A DNA stretch of 64,000 nucleotides from an uncultured Actinomycetota bacterium (GCA_963714475.1 CAVQOP010000001.1:675481-739480), one strand, 5' to 3'; shown: positions 31,437 through 45,103, numbered from the stretch's first letter. Notes: generated by a model from the sequence alone, not told the origin. Numbers and translations are program-made.

Positions 31437-32873
31437 TCAGCGCGGCGCCGCCGTACCCCGCAGGAGGTCGCGGACGACCTCCGGGATCACGTGCGCGACC
31501 TCGAGCGCGCGCAGGGGGCCGCCGTCCGCGGCCCAGGTCGCGGCGGCGCCGTGCAACCAGCTGCCGACCGAGGCGGCGTCGTGCGGCTCGAGCCCGGCCG
31601 CGAGCAGGGCCCCGACGAGCCCGCCGAGGACGTCCCCGGCGCCGGCCGTGGCCAGCCACGGGGTCCCGGTGGTGGTCGCCCGGACCGGCCGACCCGGGCT
31701 GGCGACGAGCGTGTGCCGGCCCTTGAGCAGCACCGTGCAGCCGTAGCGCTCCACCGCCGCACGCACGTGCTCGAGCGGGCGGGCCTCGACCGCGGCGCGC
31801 TCCACGTCGAGCAGCCGGGCGAGCTCGCCGGCGTGCGGGGTGAGCACCGCGTGGGCCGGTGCCGGTGCCGGGAGGTGAACCAGTGCGTCCGCGTCGACGA
31901 CGAGGGGCACCTCGTCGGCCAGCGCCTCCGCGAGGGTGCCGGCGGCGCCGTCCCCGCTGCCGGACCCGACCACCCACGCCTGCACCCGGCCCGCACCCAC
32001 CACCTCGGGGTGGGCCTCGCGCACGCGGTCGCCGACGGCCTCGTCGCCCACGTAGCGCACCATCCCCGCCAGCCCGCAGGCTGCGCCGGCCACGCTGAGC
32101 AGGCCCGCACCGGGGTAGGTCGCGGAGCCGGCCCGGACGCCGACGACACCACGGCTGTACTTCTGGGCGTCCCGGTCCGGCTGCGGCAGCAGCGCCGCGA
32201 CGTCGGCGGGCTGGAGGGCCTCCAGCACGGGCTCGGGCAGGTCGGCGTCGAGCCCGAGGTCCACGAGGTGCACCGCCCCGCACGCCTGCGCTGCGGGGTC
32301 GACGAGGTGGCAGGCCTTGAGCGTGCCGAAGGTGACGGTCACGTCGGCGCGGACGTGGTCGTCGTCGAGGACGGTGCCGGCCAGGGTGCCGGCGTCCACG
32401 TCGACCCCGGACGGCGTGTCGACGGCGACGACCGGGATGCCCGGGTGGCGAGCCAGCTCGTCGCGGGCGGCGTCGCGCAGGCCGGCCCGTCCGCCGATCC
32501 CGACGATCCCGTCGAGCAGCACGTCGGGGGCGTGCGCGCAGCCCGCGGGCACGACCCGGCCGCCGGCGGCGCGCAGCGCCGCCAGACCGCCCCCGTGCGC
32601 GCGGTCCGAGAGCAGGACGGCCTCCACCGCGCAGCCCCGCGCGGCCAGCCGCGCCCCGGCGTACAGCGTGTCGCCGCCGTTGTCGCCGCCCCCGACCAGC
32701 AGCAGCACCCGCCTGCCGTACGTCGGCTGGTCGACCTGGGTGCCGCGCAGCAGGTCCAGCACGGCGTGGGCCAGCCCGGCCGCCGCCCGCTGCATGAGCG
32801 CGCCCTGTGGCAGGCGCTCCATCAGCGCCGCCTCCGCGGCCCGGACCTGCTCGACGGTGTGGGCTCGCCTCAT
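31437..32873 (-). CDS. nnr: Bifunctional NAD(P)H-hydrate epimerase / ADP-dependent dehydratase
   Basis: ATG 32873. YjeF_N (VLLLVGGGDNGGD) and carbohydrate-kinase-like C-terminal domain (KGRHTLV...ATAGAGDVLGG). Confidence 0.9.
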   Translation of the reverse strand: MRRAHTVEQVRAAEAALMERLPQGALMQRAAAGLAHAVLDLLRGTQVDQPTYGRRVLLLVGGGDNGGDTLYAGARLAARGCAVEAVLLSDRAHGGGLAALRAAGGRVVPAGCAHAPDVLLDGIVGIGGRAGLRDAARDELARHPGIPVVAVDTPSGVDVDAGTLAGTVLDDDHVRADVTVTFGTLKACHLVDPAAQACGAVHLVDLGLDADLPEPVLEALQPADVAALLPQPDRDAQKYSRGVVGVRAGSATYPGAGLLSVAGAACGLAGMVRYVGDEAVGDRVREAHPEVVGAGRVQAWVVGSGSGDGAAGTLAEALADEVPLVVDADALVHLPAPAPAHAVLTPHAGELARLLDVERAAVEARPLEHVRAAVERYGCTVLLKGRHTLVASPGRPVRATTTGTPWLATAGAGDVLGGLVGALLAAGLEPHDAASVGSWLHGAAATWAADGGPLRALEVAHVIPEVVRDLLRGTAAPR

Positions 32874-33082
32874 GCGTCCCACGCTAGTGCGAGTCGTCGC
32901 CATCCCTGCGGCCGCGCCTGGCGAGGTCGCGACGGGATCGGGTCGTGGCTCGGCCCGGATGGGCCCGGTCGTGTGCCTCACGCCGACCCACGAGCCGTTC
33001 ACAGGCACACGACCCGAGCCCGCGGGGGCCGAGACTGTGGACGGGGCGGCGCGACGGCGACGGCCCGGCACATCGTGGAGTG

Positions 33083-34044
33083 ATGGACGACGTGCTGCGC
33101 CAGCTGGCGAGGGACCAGGCAGGCATGCTGGCCCGCCGACAGCTCACGGCCGGGGGCGTGGGGTGGGACCACGTGGCCGCCCAGGTCGAGGCGCGCCGCT
33201 GGGTCGTGCGGACTCCGCGCGTCATCAGCACGACCACCGGACCGATGAGCCCGGACCAACGCCGCTGGCTGGCGGTGCTGCACGCCGGACCCCGGAGCAT
33301 CCTCGGTGGGCTCTCCGCAGCACAGGTGCTGGGTCTGAGCGGGTGGGAGCGGGAGGTGACACGGTGTGGGTCGACGACGAGCTCGCGTTCGAGCCGGTGG
33401 CGGGGGTGCGGTTCTTCCGCACCCGCCGCCCGTTCGACCTGCTGCAGCACCCTCGGAACGGGATCCCCGTGGCGAACCTCGAGGCGGCCGTGCTGATGAC
33501 GGCGGCCTACGAGCTGCAGCCCCGCGCGGGCCACGGTCTGCTCGCCGCAGCGGTGCAGCAGCGGCTCACGACCGCCTCCCGCCTGCTCTCGGGCGGGTCG
33601 AGCAGCTCAGGCCGGTACGCCGGCGCGGAGTCGCTCCGCGCGGTGCTCGCGACGTCGCCGACGGCTCACACTCCCGAGCCGAGCTCGACCTGGTGCGGAC
33701 CTGTGCCGACGTCACGGCCTGCCGGTGCCCCGACCGGCAGCGCGCCAGCAGGGTGGACGACAGTCCGGGTCGCGCGCGCTGGACCGACGCGGAGTGGGAT
33801 CTCGCCGACGGCTCCACGCTCGTGATGGAGGTCGACGGCGCGTTCCACGTCGAGGCCGGGGCGTGCGGACGCGACAAGCGTCGGCAGCGGCGGCTCGTCG
33901 CGCCGGGTGCACGGTCGTCGGGTGTACGGCTGCGAGCTGCGTGACCAGCCCGAGGAGCTGGTCCGCGACCGGCGCAGCCGGGGTGGGTGCTGCCAGCGCG
34001 GGATCGTGATGCCGGCCCTCTGGTCGTGGTGGGGCCACGACTGA
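33083..34044 (+). pseudogene. DUF559 / Vsr-like endonuclease-domain protein, multiply frame-broken
   Basis: MDDVLRQLARDQAGMLARRQL...RTPRVISTTTG...WLAVLHAGPRSILGG continues only by hopping between all three frames (VWVDDELAFEPVAGVRFFR; EQLRPVRR; AESLRAVLA; DVADGSHSRAELDLVR; WDLADGSTLVMEVDGAFH; ELRDQPEELVRD). At least 5 breaks. Confidence 0.7.
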
Positions 34045-34081
34045 AGCACGATCAGCGACGCATGGCCACGGCGCGGGTCGT

Positions 34082-34115
34082 GTGCCTGAGCACGCTCATG
34101 GCCGTGCTCAGGCAC
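34082..34115. terminator. Perfect 13-bp stem / 8-nt loop hairpin between convergent DUF559 remnant and acpS
   Basis: gtgcctgagcacg ctcatggc cgtgctcaggcac read directly. Confidence 0.5.
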
Positions 34116-34154
34116 GTGGCCCTCGCGCACGAGTGCCCGACCGCCGTACGGGGC

Positions 34155-34508
34155 TCAGGTCTCCAGCACCACGACCGCGGACGCGATGCCGGCGTCGTGG
34201 GACAGGGAGAGGTGGACGTGGGCGGCGCCGAGCTCGTCGGCGCGGGCGCGGACGGTGCCGCGCAGCTCGAAGCGGGGACGGCCGGAGTCCTCGGAGACCA
34301 CCTCGGCGTCCTGCCAGGCCAGCCCCACCGGGGCGCCGAGCGCCTTGGCCAGGGCCTCCTTGGCCGCGAACCGGGCGGCCAGGGAGGCGGGGGCCCGCAC
34401 CGCCTCCGCGGGGGTGAAGAGCCGCTCGCGCAGGGACGGAGTGCGCTCCAGCGAGACGGCGAACCGCTCGATGTCGCACACGTCGATGCCGACGCCGACG
34501 ATCGCCAC
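34155..34508 (-). CDS. acpS: Holo-[acyl-carrier-protein] synthase
   Basis: 117 aa. [14 protein letters not shown]...[11 protein letters not shown]...SLSHD. Confidence 0.93.
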   Translation of the reverse strand: MAIVGVGIDVCDIERFAVSLERTPSLRERLFTPAEAVRAPASLAARFAAKEALAKALGAPVGLAWQDAEVVSEDSGRPRFELRGTVRARADELGAAHVHLSLSHDAGIASAVVVLET

Positions 34509-34523
34509 CCCGAACCGCCGGCC

Positions 34524-36368
<1,845 letters not shown>

Positions 36369-36431
36369 GGGCGTCCACTCTAGCCAGGGTCACGGCCCCG
36401 CCCGGGACGGGCGACTGCAAGAATCCCGCGC

Positions 36432-37406
36432 ATGTCCGCAGGCGGGGCCCACCAGCCCGACGAGCACCGGGAGTCCTCGCCCTACCTCGAGCTCGAGCGC
36501 GACACGTGGGCGGCCCTGACCCCGCAGCGCGAGGCGCCCCTCAGCGGGGAGGAGATCGCGCGGCTGCGCGGTCTCGGCGAGGCGCTGGACCTGCGCGAGG
36601 TCCAGGAGGTCTACCTGCCGCTCTCCCGCCTGCTCAGCATGTACGTCGAGTCCAAGGGCAAGCTGCACCGCGACACCGAGGACTTCCTGCACCAGCGCAC
36701 TCCCCCGCGCACCCCGTTCGTGATCGGCCTGGCCGGCTCGGTGGCCGTCGGCAAGTCCACCACCGCGCGCGTGCTGCAGCAGATGCTCGCCCACTGGCCC
36801 GAGCACCCCAACGTGGCGCTGGTGACCACCGACGGGTTCCTCTACCCCAACGCCGAGCTCGAGCGGCGCGGGCTGCTGCAGCGCAAGGGCTTCCCCGAGT
36901 CCTACGACCGCAAGGCCCTGCTGCGCTTCGTGGTCGACATCAAGTCCGGCCGCGACGAGGTCGAGGCGCCGACGTACTCCCACCTCGTCTACGACGTCGT
37001 GCCCGAGGAGAAGGTCGTCGTCAAGCGCCCCGACATCGTCATCGTCGAGGGCCTCAACGTGCTCCAGCCCGCGCGGGTGCGCGAGGACGGCAGCGCGGGG
37101 CTGACGCTGAGCGACTTCTTCGACTTCTCCGTCTACGTCGACGCCGGCCGCGACAAGATCCGCGCCTGGTACGTCGAGCGGTTCCTGCGGCTGCGCGAGA
37201 CGGCCTTCCGCGACCCGGACTCCTACTTCGCCAAGTACGCCGGCCTCACCCACGGCGAGGCCGTGCGTGAGGCGGAGCGGATCTGGGACACGATCAACGG
37301 CCCCAACCTGGTCGAGAACATCCTGCCCACCCGCTCGCGCGCGACGCTGGTGCTGCGCAAGGACAGCGACCACTCGGTGCGCTACGTGCGCCTGCGCAAG
37401 GCCTGA
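36432..37406 (+). CDS. coaA: Type I pantothenate kinase
   Basis: 324 aa. [18 protein letters not shown]-loop and ...VRLRKA C-terminus. Confidence 0.93.
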   Translation: MSAGGAHQPDEHRESSPYLELERDTWAALTPQREAPLSGEEIARLRGLGEALDLREVQEVYLPLSRLLSMYVESKGKLHRDTEDFLHQRTPPRTPFVIGLAGSVAVGKSTTARVLQQMLAHWPEHPNVALVTTDGFLYPNAELERRGLLQRKGFPESYDRKALLRFVVDIKSGRDEVEAPTYSHLVYDVVPEEKVVVKRPDIVIVEGLNVLQPARVREDGSAGLTLSDFFDFSVYVDAGRDKIRAWYVERFLRLRETAFRDPDSYFAKYAGLTHGEAVREAERIWDTINGPNLVENILPTRSRATLVLRKDSDHSVRYVRLRKA

Positions 37407-37426
37407 TCCGGGTTATCCTGCCGCCC

Positions 37427-38165
37427 ATGAGCACCGCAGGCCCCGCCGTCGCCCCGAGGACCGAGACCGGTCCGCCCAGGTCGCCCCGGCAGCGCCTCGC
37501 GGTCGTCCTCCGCGTCGTGCTGGTGCTGGCCTGGTGCGGCTTCCTCGTCGCCGCTGTGACGACCGGTCAACGCAGCAGCACCCTCGAGCGGCTGGACGCC
37601 GCCGTGGCGGAGGGTCGGGTCGATGCCGTGCAGGTCGACGGCGGGCAGCCACCAGTCGGGTCGGGGTTCGCCACGGTGGAGGTCACCTGGCGCGAGGGCC
37701 TGCTCGCCTACCGGGCCGAGGTCGTCGAGGTACGCCGTCCGGGCGCCGCTCCCGAGCAGGGAACCCGGGGCACGACGCCGACGCTCGTCAACGAGTCCGT
37801 CGCCGAGCACCTCGAAGCGATCGGTCCCGGCGTGGCGGTGGAGCAGGGGGGTCCGCTGAGCGGCGGATGGAGCGCCGACCCGCTCGGCTTCGCCCTCGGC
37901 GAGCGCCTCGCTGTGGCCCTCCTGGCGCTGTGGCTGGTCACCGTCGGGTTCGTGGCCGCCGGCCCCGAGCCGTGGCGGGCGACCCGGTGGGCCTGGTTCT
38001 GGCTGTTGTCGACCCCGGTGGCGCCGCTCGTCGCGCTCGGCTACCTCCTGCTGGCCGCGCCCGCCCCGGGGCTGCCCGCCCCACGCGACCCCGAGTCGGC
38101 GCCTGCGGGGAGGCTGGGCGCTCGTCATCGCCCTGGCCCTCGGCTCGGGGAGCCTGACCGTCTGA
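37427..38165 (+). CDS. Integral membrane protein, unknown function; probable +1 frame break near 38095
   Basis: TM segments LAVVLRVVLVLAWCGFLVAAV and LAVALLALWLVTVGFVAA...WFWLLSTPVAPLVALGYLLLA. After PRDPES the track frame turns into Arg-rich junk up to 38566. The +1 frame instead reads RLRGGWALVIALALGSGSLTV-stop (38163-38165). Confidence 0.5.
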
Positions 38166-38189
38166 GCTCGGTCGACAGGCGCTGCTGCA

Positions 38190-38451
38190 GCTCGTGGCAG
38201 CGCTCGACGACCCCCGGACCTCGCCCCGGGCCAGGTGGAGGTTGTCCTGCGTCGAGAGCAGCAGCACGGAGGCGCCGACAGTGTCGCCGTCGACGTCGGC
38301 CCGCAGCAGGACGACGTCCACCTCCGGGTTCGGCGCGGGCAGCGCGACCCGGCTCACCGCGAAGGCCGGCCACCTCACGTCCTACCGCCCACCAGGCGTG
38401 CAGGGCGTCCTCGTCGTGGCGGTCGACCTCGTGGACGGCGAAATCGCTCAC
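38190..38451 (-). pseudogene. 5' fragment of a GNAT-family gene (paralogous to 48248..49285), frame-broken and truncated
   Basis: VSDFAVHEVDRHDEDALHAWWAVGRE then, in another frame, WPAFAVSRVALPAPNPEVDVVLLRADVDGDTVGASVLLLSTQDNLHLARGEVR. Resembles LVIEQLDPDDDATLAAWHATIDR...LLANLSSVDLDVAV of the downstream GNAT. No motif A follows. Confidence 0.35.
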
Positions 38452-38483
38452 GGGCCGTGACCCTGGTCAGGTCACGGCCCGTG
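38449..38483 (-). terminator. Perfect 14-bp stem / 7-nt loop hairpin 26 nt downstream of ohr
   Basis: cacgggccgtgacc ctggtca ggtcacggcccgtg read directly. Confidence 0.55.
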
Positions 38484-38508
38484 GGACGAGCGCTCTGCGG
38501 CGCTGTGC

Positions 38509-38940
38509 TCAGGCGCCCTTGCCGGTCACGGTGACCGGGACGTTGCCACGCGTGGCCTTCGAGTAGGGGCACACCTGGTGGGCGGCCTCCACGAGCTCCT
38601 GCGCCTTGGCGTCGTCGACGCCGGGGATGGTCGCGGTGATGTCGGCGGTGATCGCGAACGACTCACCCTCGGGGCCGAAGCCGACCGCGATGTCGAGCGT
38701 CGAGCCGGAGGTGTCGACGCCCTCCTTGCCCGCCACCAGGCCGAGCGCGCCCTGGAAGCAGGCGCCGTAGCCGAGCGCGAAGAGCTGCTCGGGGTTGGTG
38801 CCGGTGCCGGGGCCGCCGGTCTCCTTCGGCGCGGTCAGGGCGACGTCCATGACGCCGTCCTCCGACGTCGCGCGACCACTGCGTCCTCCGGTGACGGTCG
38901 CACGGGCGGTGTAGACGATCTTGTCCGGTGTGTTGGTCAT
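38509..38940 (-). CDS. ohr: Organic hydroperoxide resistance protein (OsmC/Ohr family)
   Basis: ATG 38940. NPEQLFALGYGACF and HQVCPYSKATRGN, the two conserved Cys motifs. Confidence 0.9.
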   Translation of the reverse strand: MTNTPDKIVYTARATVTGGRSGRATSEDGVMDVALTAPKETGGPGTGTNPEQLFALGYGACFQGALGLVAGKEGVDTSGSTLDIAVGFGPEGESFAITADITATIPGVDDAKAQELVEAAHQVCPYSKATRGNVPVTVTGKGA

Positions 38941-39033
38941 GGCAGCAGAACGCCTGGTGCGGCGGGCGTCATTCCAGCTCGTCCACATGGCGGACCACAA
39001 GGCGGACGACGGGCGGACGGGCCCGCCGCCGGG

Positions 39034-40377
39034 TCAGAGCGCCAGGCGCTCGCGGACGACGTCGGCCAGGCGCTCCGCCACGGCCTGGGCCCCGGCCTGG
39101 CTCGGCGCCTCGACCATGACGCGCACGATCGGCTCCGTGCCCGAGGGCCGCAGCAGCACCCGGCCGGTGCCCCCCAGGGCGAGCTCCTCGGCGGCGACCG
39201 CCTCGAGCAGGCCGGCGTCGTCGGTGCGGGCCCGGTCGACGCCGCCGACGTTGAGCAGCACCTGGGGCAGGCGGGTCACGACCCCGGCCAGCTCGGCGAG
39301 CGGACGACCCGTCGCGGACATCCTGGACAGCACCTGCAGCGCGGTGAGCAGCCCGTCGCCCGTCGTGGCGTGCTCACGCAGGATCACGTGGCCGGACTGC
39401 TCACCACCGAGGACGTACCCGTGGGCGTTCATCGACTCCAGCACGTAGCGGTCACCGACGGCGGCGCGGACCACGGTGATCCCGGCGGCCTCCATCGCCT
39501 GGACGAAGCCGAGGTTGCTCATCACGGTCGCCACGACCGTGTCGTGGGCCAGGTGACCGGCCTCGTGCAGCCCGAGGGCGAGCACGGCCATCAGCTGGTC
39601 GCCGTCGACGACGGCACCGGTGTGGTCGACCGCCAGGCAGCGGTCGGCGTCGCCGTCGACGGCGAAGCCCGCGTCGGCCCCGTGCTCGCGCACGGCGGCG
39701 CGGAGCGGACCGAGGTCGGTCGAGCCGCAGCCCTCGTTGATGTTGAGCCCGTCGGGGCGGTCGCCGATCGTGGTCACGGTGGCGCCGGCGTCGATCAGGG
39801 CCTGCGGCCCCACCTCGTGGGCGGCGCCGTGCGCGCAGTCCAGGACGACCCGCAGCCCGGTGAGCGGGCGGTCGACGGTCCGCACGAGGTGGGCGGCGTA
39901 CTCCTCGACGGTGCGGGCGTACGGCGTCACCCGGCCCACCGCCGCCCCCGTGGGGCGCTCCCAGGGCTGGTCGAGCTGGGCCTCGATCTCCTGCTCGAGC
40001 GCGTCGTCGAGCTTGACCCCGCCGCGCGCGAGGAACTTGATGCCGTTGTCGGGCATCGGGTTGTGCGAGGCGCTGATCATCACCCCGAGGTCGGCCTGCA
40101 GGACGTCGGTGAGGAACGCGACACCGGGGGTGGGCAGCACCCGCAGCCGCAGCACGTCGACCCCGGCCGCGGCCAGGCCGGCGACGACCGCGTGCTCGAG
40201 GAACTGCCCCGAGATCCGGGTGTCCCGGCCGACGACCGCGAGCGGACGCGTGCCGGCGTACTCGCCGTGACGCACCAGCACCCGCGCTGCGGCCGAGCCG
40301 AGCGCGAGTGCGAGGTCTGCGGTGAGCGGACCGTTGGCCAGCCCCCGGACGCCGTCGGTGCCGAAGAGGCGACCCAC
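39034..40377 (-). CDS. glmM: Phosphoglucosamine mutase
   Basis: GTG 40377 gives [16 protein letters not shown].... The active-site serine loop is SASHNP. Confidence 0.95.
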   Translation of the reverse strand: MGRLFGTDGVRGLANGPLTADLALALGSAAARVLVRHGEYAGTRPLAVVGRDTRISGQFLEHAVVAGLAAAGVDVLRLRVLPTPGVAFLTDVLQADLGVMISASHNPMPDNGIKFLARGGVKLDDALEQEIEAQLDQPWERPTGAAVGRVTPYARTVEEYAAHLVRTVDRPLTGLRVVLDCAHGAAHEVGPQALIDAGATVTTIGDRPDGLNINEGCGSTDLGPLRAAVREHGADAGFAVDGDADRCLAVDHTGAVVDGDQLMAVLALGLHEAGHLAHDTVVATVMSNLGFVQAMEAAGITVVRAAVGDRYVLESMNAHGYVLGGEQSGHVILREHATTGDGLLTALQVLSRMSATGRPLAELAGVVTRLPQVLLNVGGVDRARTDDAGLLEAVAAEELALGGTGRVLLRPSGTEPIVRVMVEAPSQAGAQAVAERLADVVRERLAL

Positions 40378-40388
40378 GCCCGGGCCGG

Positions 40389-40886
40389 TCAGCGCTTGCT
40401 GAACTGAGGCGCCTTGCGCGCCTTCTTCAGTCCGGCCTTCTTGCGCTCGATGGCGCGCGAGTCGCGGGTCAGCAGACCGGCGGCCTTGAGGGTGGCGCGG
40501 TTGGCGTCGAGGTCGACGTCGTTGAGCGAACGGGCCACCCCGAGGCGCAGGGCACCGGCCTGGCCGGTGATGCCGCCACCGTGGATGCGGGCGATGACGT
40601 CGAAGCGCCCCTCGAGGCCGAGAGCCGCGAACGGCTCGTTGACGACCTGCTGGTGCAGCTTGTTGGGGAAGTAGGAGTCCAGGGTGCGTCCGTTGACGCG
40701 CCACAGACCCGTGCCGGGCACGATGCGCACGCGGGCGACGGCCTCCTTGCGCCGGCCGGTGGCCGCCGCGGGGGCGATCGTGGCGGGCCGCTCGGGCGTG
40801 TCGGCGCCGGGCTGCGTCTCGGAGCTGTAGGCAACGCCCTGCTCGTCGGCGGTGTAGGTCTCCTCGACCTCGGTGGTGTCAGCCAC
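40389..40886 (-). CDS. rpsI: 30S ribosomal protein S9
   Basis: [15 protein letters not shown]...[19 protein letters not shown]...[14 protein letters not shown] 40886 is preferred because GAGGA lies 5 nt upstream. Confidence 0.95.
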   Translation of the reverse strand: MADTTEVEETYTADEQGVAYSSETQPGADTPERPATIAPAAATGRRKEAVARVRIVPGTGLWRVNGRTLDSYFPNKLHQQVVNEPFAALGLEGRFDVIARIHGGGITGQAGALRLGVARSLNDVDLDANRATLKAAGLLTRDSRAIERKKAGLKKARKAPQFSKR

Positions 40887-40952
40887 GTTGTTCCTCACTC
40901 AGACGGGTTGTGGTGCACAGGAAAGTCATCGCGGTGCCGGGGCACCGGCAGA

Positions 40953-41396
40953 TCACTGGGTGATCTGCTTGATCACGTGGGGCTGGGCGCCCTGGGCCTG
41001 GTGCGGGTGCGCCGGGCCGGAGTAGACCTTGAGCTTCTTGAGCATCGCGTGGCCGAGCTTGTTCTTGGGGAGCATGCCCCACACGGCGTTCTCGATGGCC
41101 TTGCGGGCGTCCTTGGCCAGCAGCTCGCCGATGGGCGTCGCCGACAGGCCACCGGGGTAGCCGGAGTGGCGGTAGACCATCTTGGTCGTCGCCTTGGTGC
41201 CGGTCAGGGCCACCTTCTCGGCGTTGACGACGATCACGAAGTCGCCGGTGTCGACGTGCGGGGCGTAGATCGGCTTGTGCTTGCCGCGCAGCAGGGTGGC
41301 GGCCTCGACCGCGAGGTGGCCCAGGACCACGTCCTCGGCGTCGATGATGTGCCACTCACGCTGGATGTCAGCGGGCTTCGGGCTGAACGTACGCAC
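40953..41396 (-). CDS. rplM: 50S ribosomal protein L13
   Basis: 147 aa. [29 protein letters not shown]... Confidence 0.97.
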   Translation of the reverse strand: MRTFSPKPADIQREWHIIDAEDVVLGHLAVEAATLLRGKHKPIYAPHVDTGDFVIVVNAEKVALTGTKATTKMVYRHSGYPGGLSATPIGELLAKDARKAIENAVWGMLPKNKLGHAMLKKLKVYSGPAHPHQAQGAQPHVIKQITQ

Positions 41397-41604
41397 GGTG
41401 ATAACGCCTCTTCGTCGGTGGAGATCGAGCAGAGCTTGCTTGCGGGGCGGCCGCCCACACGGTGGGGACTGCGGGGCCGGTCACCGTCTCAGTCACCGGG
41501 GCAGGCCGCGACCGACGATGCTACGGGGGCCCCGCCGCAGGGTCAAAACGGCCACACCCGGTGGTGGATGGCGCTGTGCGACCGGGCACGACTACGTTGG
41601 TCCC

Positions 41605-42894
<1,290 letters not shown>

Positions 42895-42925
42895 TCGACG
42901 TGGCGACGACCAGGGGGCACCGGGC

Positions 42926-43525
42926 TTGAGCGAGTCCGTGGACGGCGCCGCGCACCCTGCTGCGGTGACGCGTCCGACGTACCTGCTGGTCGACGGGGAG
43001 AACATCGACGCCACCCTGGGCAGCTCGATCCTCGGGCGGCGCCCGCACTCCTCGGAGCGTCCGCGCTGGGAGCGCCTGCTGCACTTCGTCGAGCAGCGCT
43101 GGGGGCGGGCCCCGACCGGACTGTTCTTCCTGGCCGCCAACAACGAGCTGCCGATGTCGTTCGTGCAGGCGCTCACCGCGATCGGCTACCGACCGATCCC
43201 GTTGCGCGGCGAGGCGCACCAGAAGGTCGTGGACATCGCGATCCTGCGCACCCTCGAGGAGCTCACCCGGCGCGAGGCCGACGTGCTCCTGGTCAGCAAC
43301 GACGGCGACTTCCTCGACGCGATGGCCGAGCTGCTCGATGACGGCAGCGACCGCCGCGTCGGCGTGGCGGGGTTCACCGAGTTCCGCAACCACGGGTTCA
43401 CCGCGCTGATCGACCGCGGACTGGAGGCCTTCGACCTCGAGGACGACATGGACGCCTTCCAGACGCCGCTGCCCCGCCTGCGCATCATCTCGATCGACGA
43501 GTTCGACCCGACCCGCTTCCTGTGA
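42926..43525 (+). CDS. NYN (LabA/PIN-like) domain protein
   Basis: 199 aa. YLLVDGENID and VLLVSNDGDFLDA acidic motifs typical of NYN nuclease-fold proteins. TTG 42926 or GTG 42938 start. Confidence 0.7.
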   Translation: MSESVDGAAHPAAVTRPTYLLVDGENIDATLGSSILGRRPHSSERPRWERLLHFVEQRWGRAPTGLFFLAANNELPMSFVQALTAIGYRPIPLRGEAHQKVVDIAILRTLEELTRREADVLLVSNDGDFLDAMAELLDDGSDRRVGVAGFTEFRNHGFTALIDRGLEAFDLEDDMDAFQTPLPRLRIISIDEFDPTRFL

Positions 43526-44151
43526 GCGGTGCGTCGGTGACCTGCGAGGGCGTGGTCTGGGACCTCGGCAACGTGCTGATCGACTGGGTGCCCGGTGCGG
43601 CGATCGCGGCCGGCGTCGGCGCGGACGAGGCGCGGCGCTTCCTGGCCGCGGACGACGTCGACTTCGGTGCCGTCAACCACGGACCGGACGGTGGTCAGGA
43701 CTGGGACGAGGCGCTGGCCGAGGTCGCGCGCACCACCCCGCACTGGCTCGCGCACGTCCGCGCCTACCGCGAGCACTTCGCGCGGTCGCTGGTCGGCGAG
43801 GTGCCGGGCAGCGCAGACCTGGTGCGGGCGCTGGACGCGCGCGGCGTGCCGATGTGGGGGCTGACGAACTGGAGCCACGAGCTGTGGCCGCACGCGCCGG
43901 CGCGCTTCGCGGTGCTCGCGCTGCTGCGCGACGTCGTCGTCTCGGGCACCGAGGGCGTCGCCAAGCCCGACCCGGCGATCTACGCGGTGCTCGCCGCACG
44001 GGTCGACCGCCCGCTCGAGCGGCTGCTCTTCGTCGACGACCGCCCCGAGAACGTCGAGGCGGCCCGGGATGCGGGCCTGGACGGGGTCGTCTTCACCGAC
44101 GCGAGCGCGCTGCGGGCAGAGCTCGTCGCCCGCCGCCTGCTGCCTGCCTGA
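43522..44151 (+). CDS. HAD-family phosphatase/hydrolase
   Basis: VVWDLGNVLIDW motif I, GLTNWS motif II and VAKPDP...FVDDRPENV motifs III/IV. GTG overlaps the NYN stop (GTGA). Confidence 0.8.
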   Translation: MSGASVTCEGVVWDLGNVLIDWVPGAAIAAGVGADEARRFLAADDVDFGAVNHGPDGGQDWDEALAEVARTTPHWLAHVRAYREHFARSLVGEVPGSADLVRALDARGVPMWGLTNWSHELWPHAPARFAVLALLRDVVVSGTEGVAKPDPAIYAVLAARVDRPLERLLFVDDRPENVEAARDAGLDGVVFTDASALRAELVARRLLPA

Positions 44152-44169
44152 CCGCCTGACCGCCTGACC
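44146..44169 (+). repeat. Tandem 8-mer gcctgacc x3 beginning on the HAD stop codon
   Basis: Read directly. TGA at 44149, 44157 and 44165 closes all three forward frames (ORF-track ends 44151 and 44159). Confidence 0.85.
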
Positions 44170-44191
44170 GGGGTGGTCGCGCGGGGCAGCG

Positions 44192-45103
44192 TCAGCGCAG
44201 GCCGTCGCCGAGCTCGCGGAGGGCGGACTCGAGGTCGACCTGCGGCGACCAGCCCCACCGACGGGCGCGGTCGGCGAGGATCGCGCCGGTCCACACCTCG
44301 CCGTCCTCCCACGTCGGCTCGACGCCGAGCGCGTCGGTCACCGTCTGGTGGTAGGCCCGCACGGCCGCGGGCTCGCCCGCGACGTTGAGCGGCGTGCACG
44401 CGCCCTCGACCGGGCCCTGCTCGGGGTCGCTGCTCGCCGCGACCACACCGATGGCGACGTCGGCGGCGATCCGCGCCAGGTCGTCGACGTGGACCCAGGC
44501 GAAGCTCGCCTCCGGGTTGGCGCTGCGCTGCTCGGCGTCGTCGCGGATCCGCGCGGGCCGCACGGAGTTCCAGATCGACGACTCGCCGGCGCCGAGGATC
44601 GCGGGCGGGCGGAGCAGCACCGTGGTGAGGCCGTCGATCGCGGCGAGGGCCAGGTCGGTGTCACGCTTGGTCACCGGGTAGTCGCCGCCGTCGTCGCCGA
44701 CGAGCGTGCCGTGCTCGTCGACGTCGCCGGTGCCCGGCGAGCGGTCGTAGACCGCGGCGGTCGAGACGTGCACGAACCGGTCGACGCCGGCCTGCAGGGC
44801 TGCGCGCGCCAGCACCGGCGTGCCTTCGACGGCGACCCGGTGCTGCGTCGCGAGATCGCCCGCGAGGGGGTGGACCGTCGAGACCACCGCGGCCGCGCCG
44901 GCGACGGCCGCAGCGGCGACGTCGCCGTCGTGGAACTCGCCCACGACCTCCTCGACCCCCGACGGGGCGGTGCCCTCACGGCGTACGACGCCCCGCACCT
45001 GGGCGCCCCGCTCGAGCAGGGCGCGGCAGGTGGCGGCGCCGACGAGGCCGTTGGCCCCGGTGACGACGACGAGCGGGTGGGCGGTCGGGTCGGTGGAGGT
45101 CAT
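44192..45103 (-). CDS. NAD-dependent epimerase/dehydratase-family SDR
   Basis: ATG 45103. VVVTGANGLVGAA Rossmann motif and YPVTK (YxxxK). Confidence 0.8.
   Translation of the reverse strand: MTSTDPTAHPLVVVTGANGLVGAATCRALLERGAQVRGVVRREGTAPSGVEEVVGEFHDGDVAAAAVAGAAAVVSTVHPLAGDLATQHRVAVEGTPVLARAALQAGVDRFVHVSTAAVYDRSPGTGDVDEHGTLVGDDGGDYPVTKRDTDLALAAIDGLTTVLLRPPAILGAGESSIWNSVRPARIRDDAEQRSANPEASFAWVHVDDLARIAADVAIGVVAASSDPEQGPVEGACTPLNVAGEPAAVRAYHQTVTDALGVEPTWEDGEVWTGAILADRARRWGWSPQVDLESALRELGDGLR

Noticed and set aside
36369-36431. glmS ribozyme upstream of glmS
   Set aside because: Only 63 nt separate glmS from the divergent coaA. There is no room for the roughly 170-nt ribozyme, and the element is not known from this phylum.
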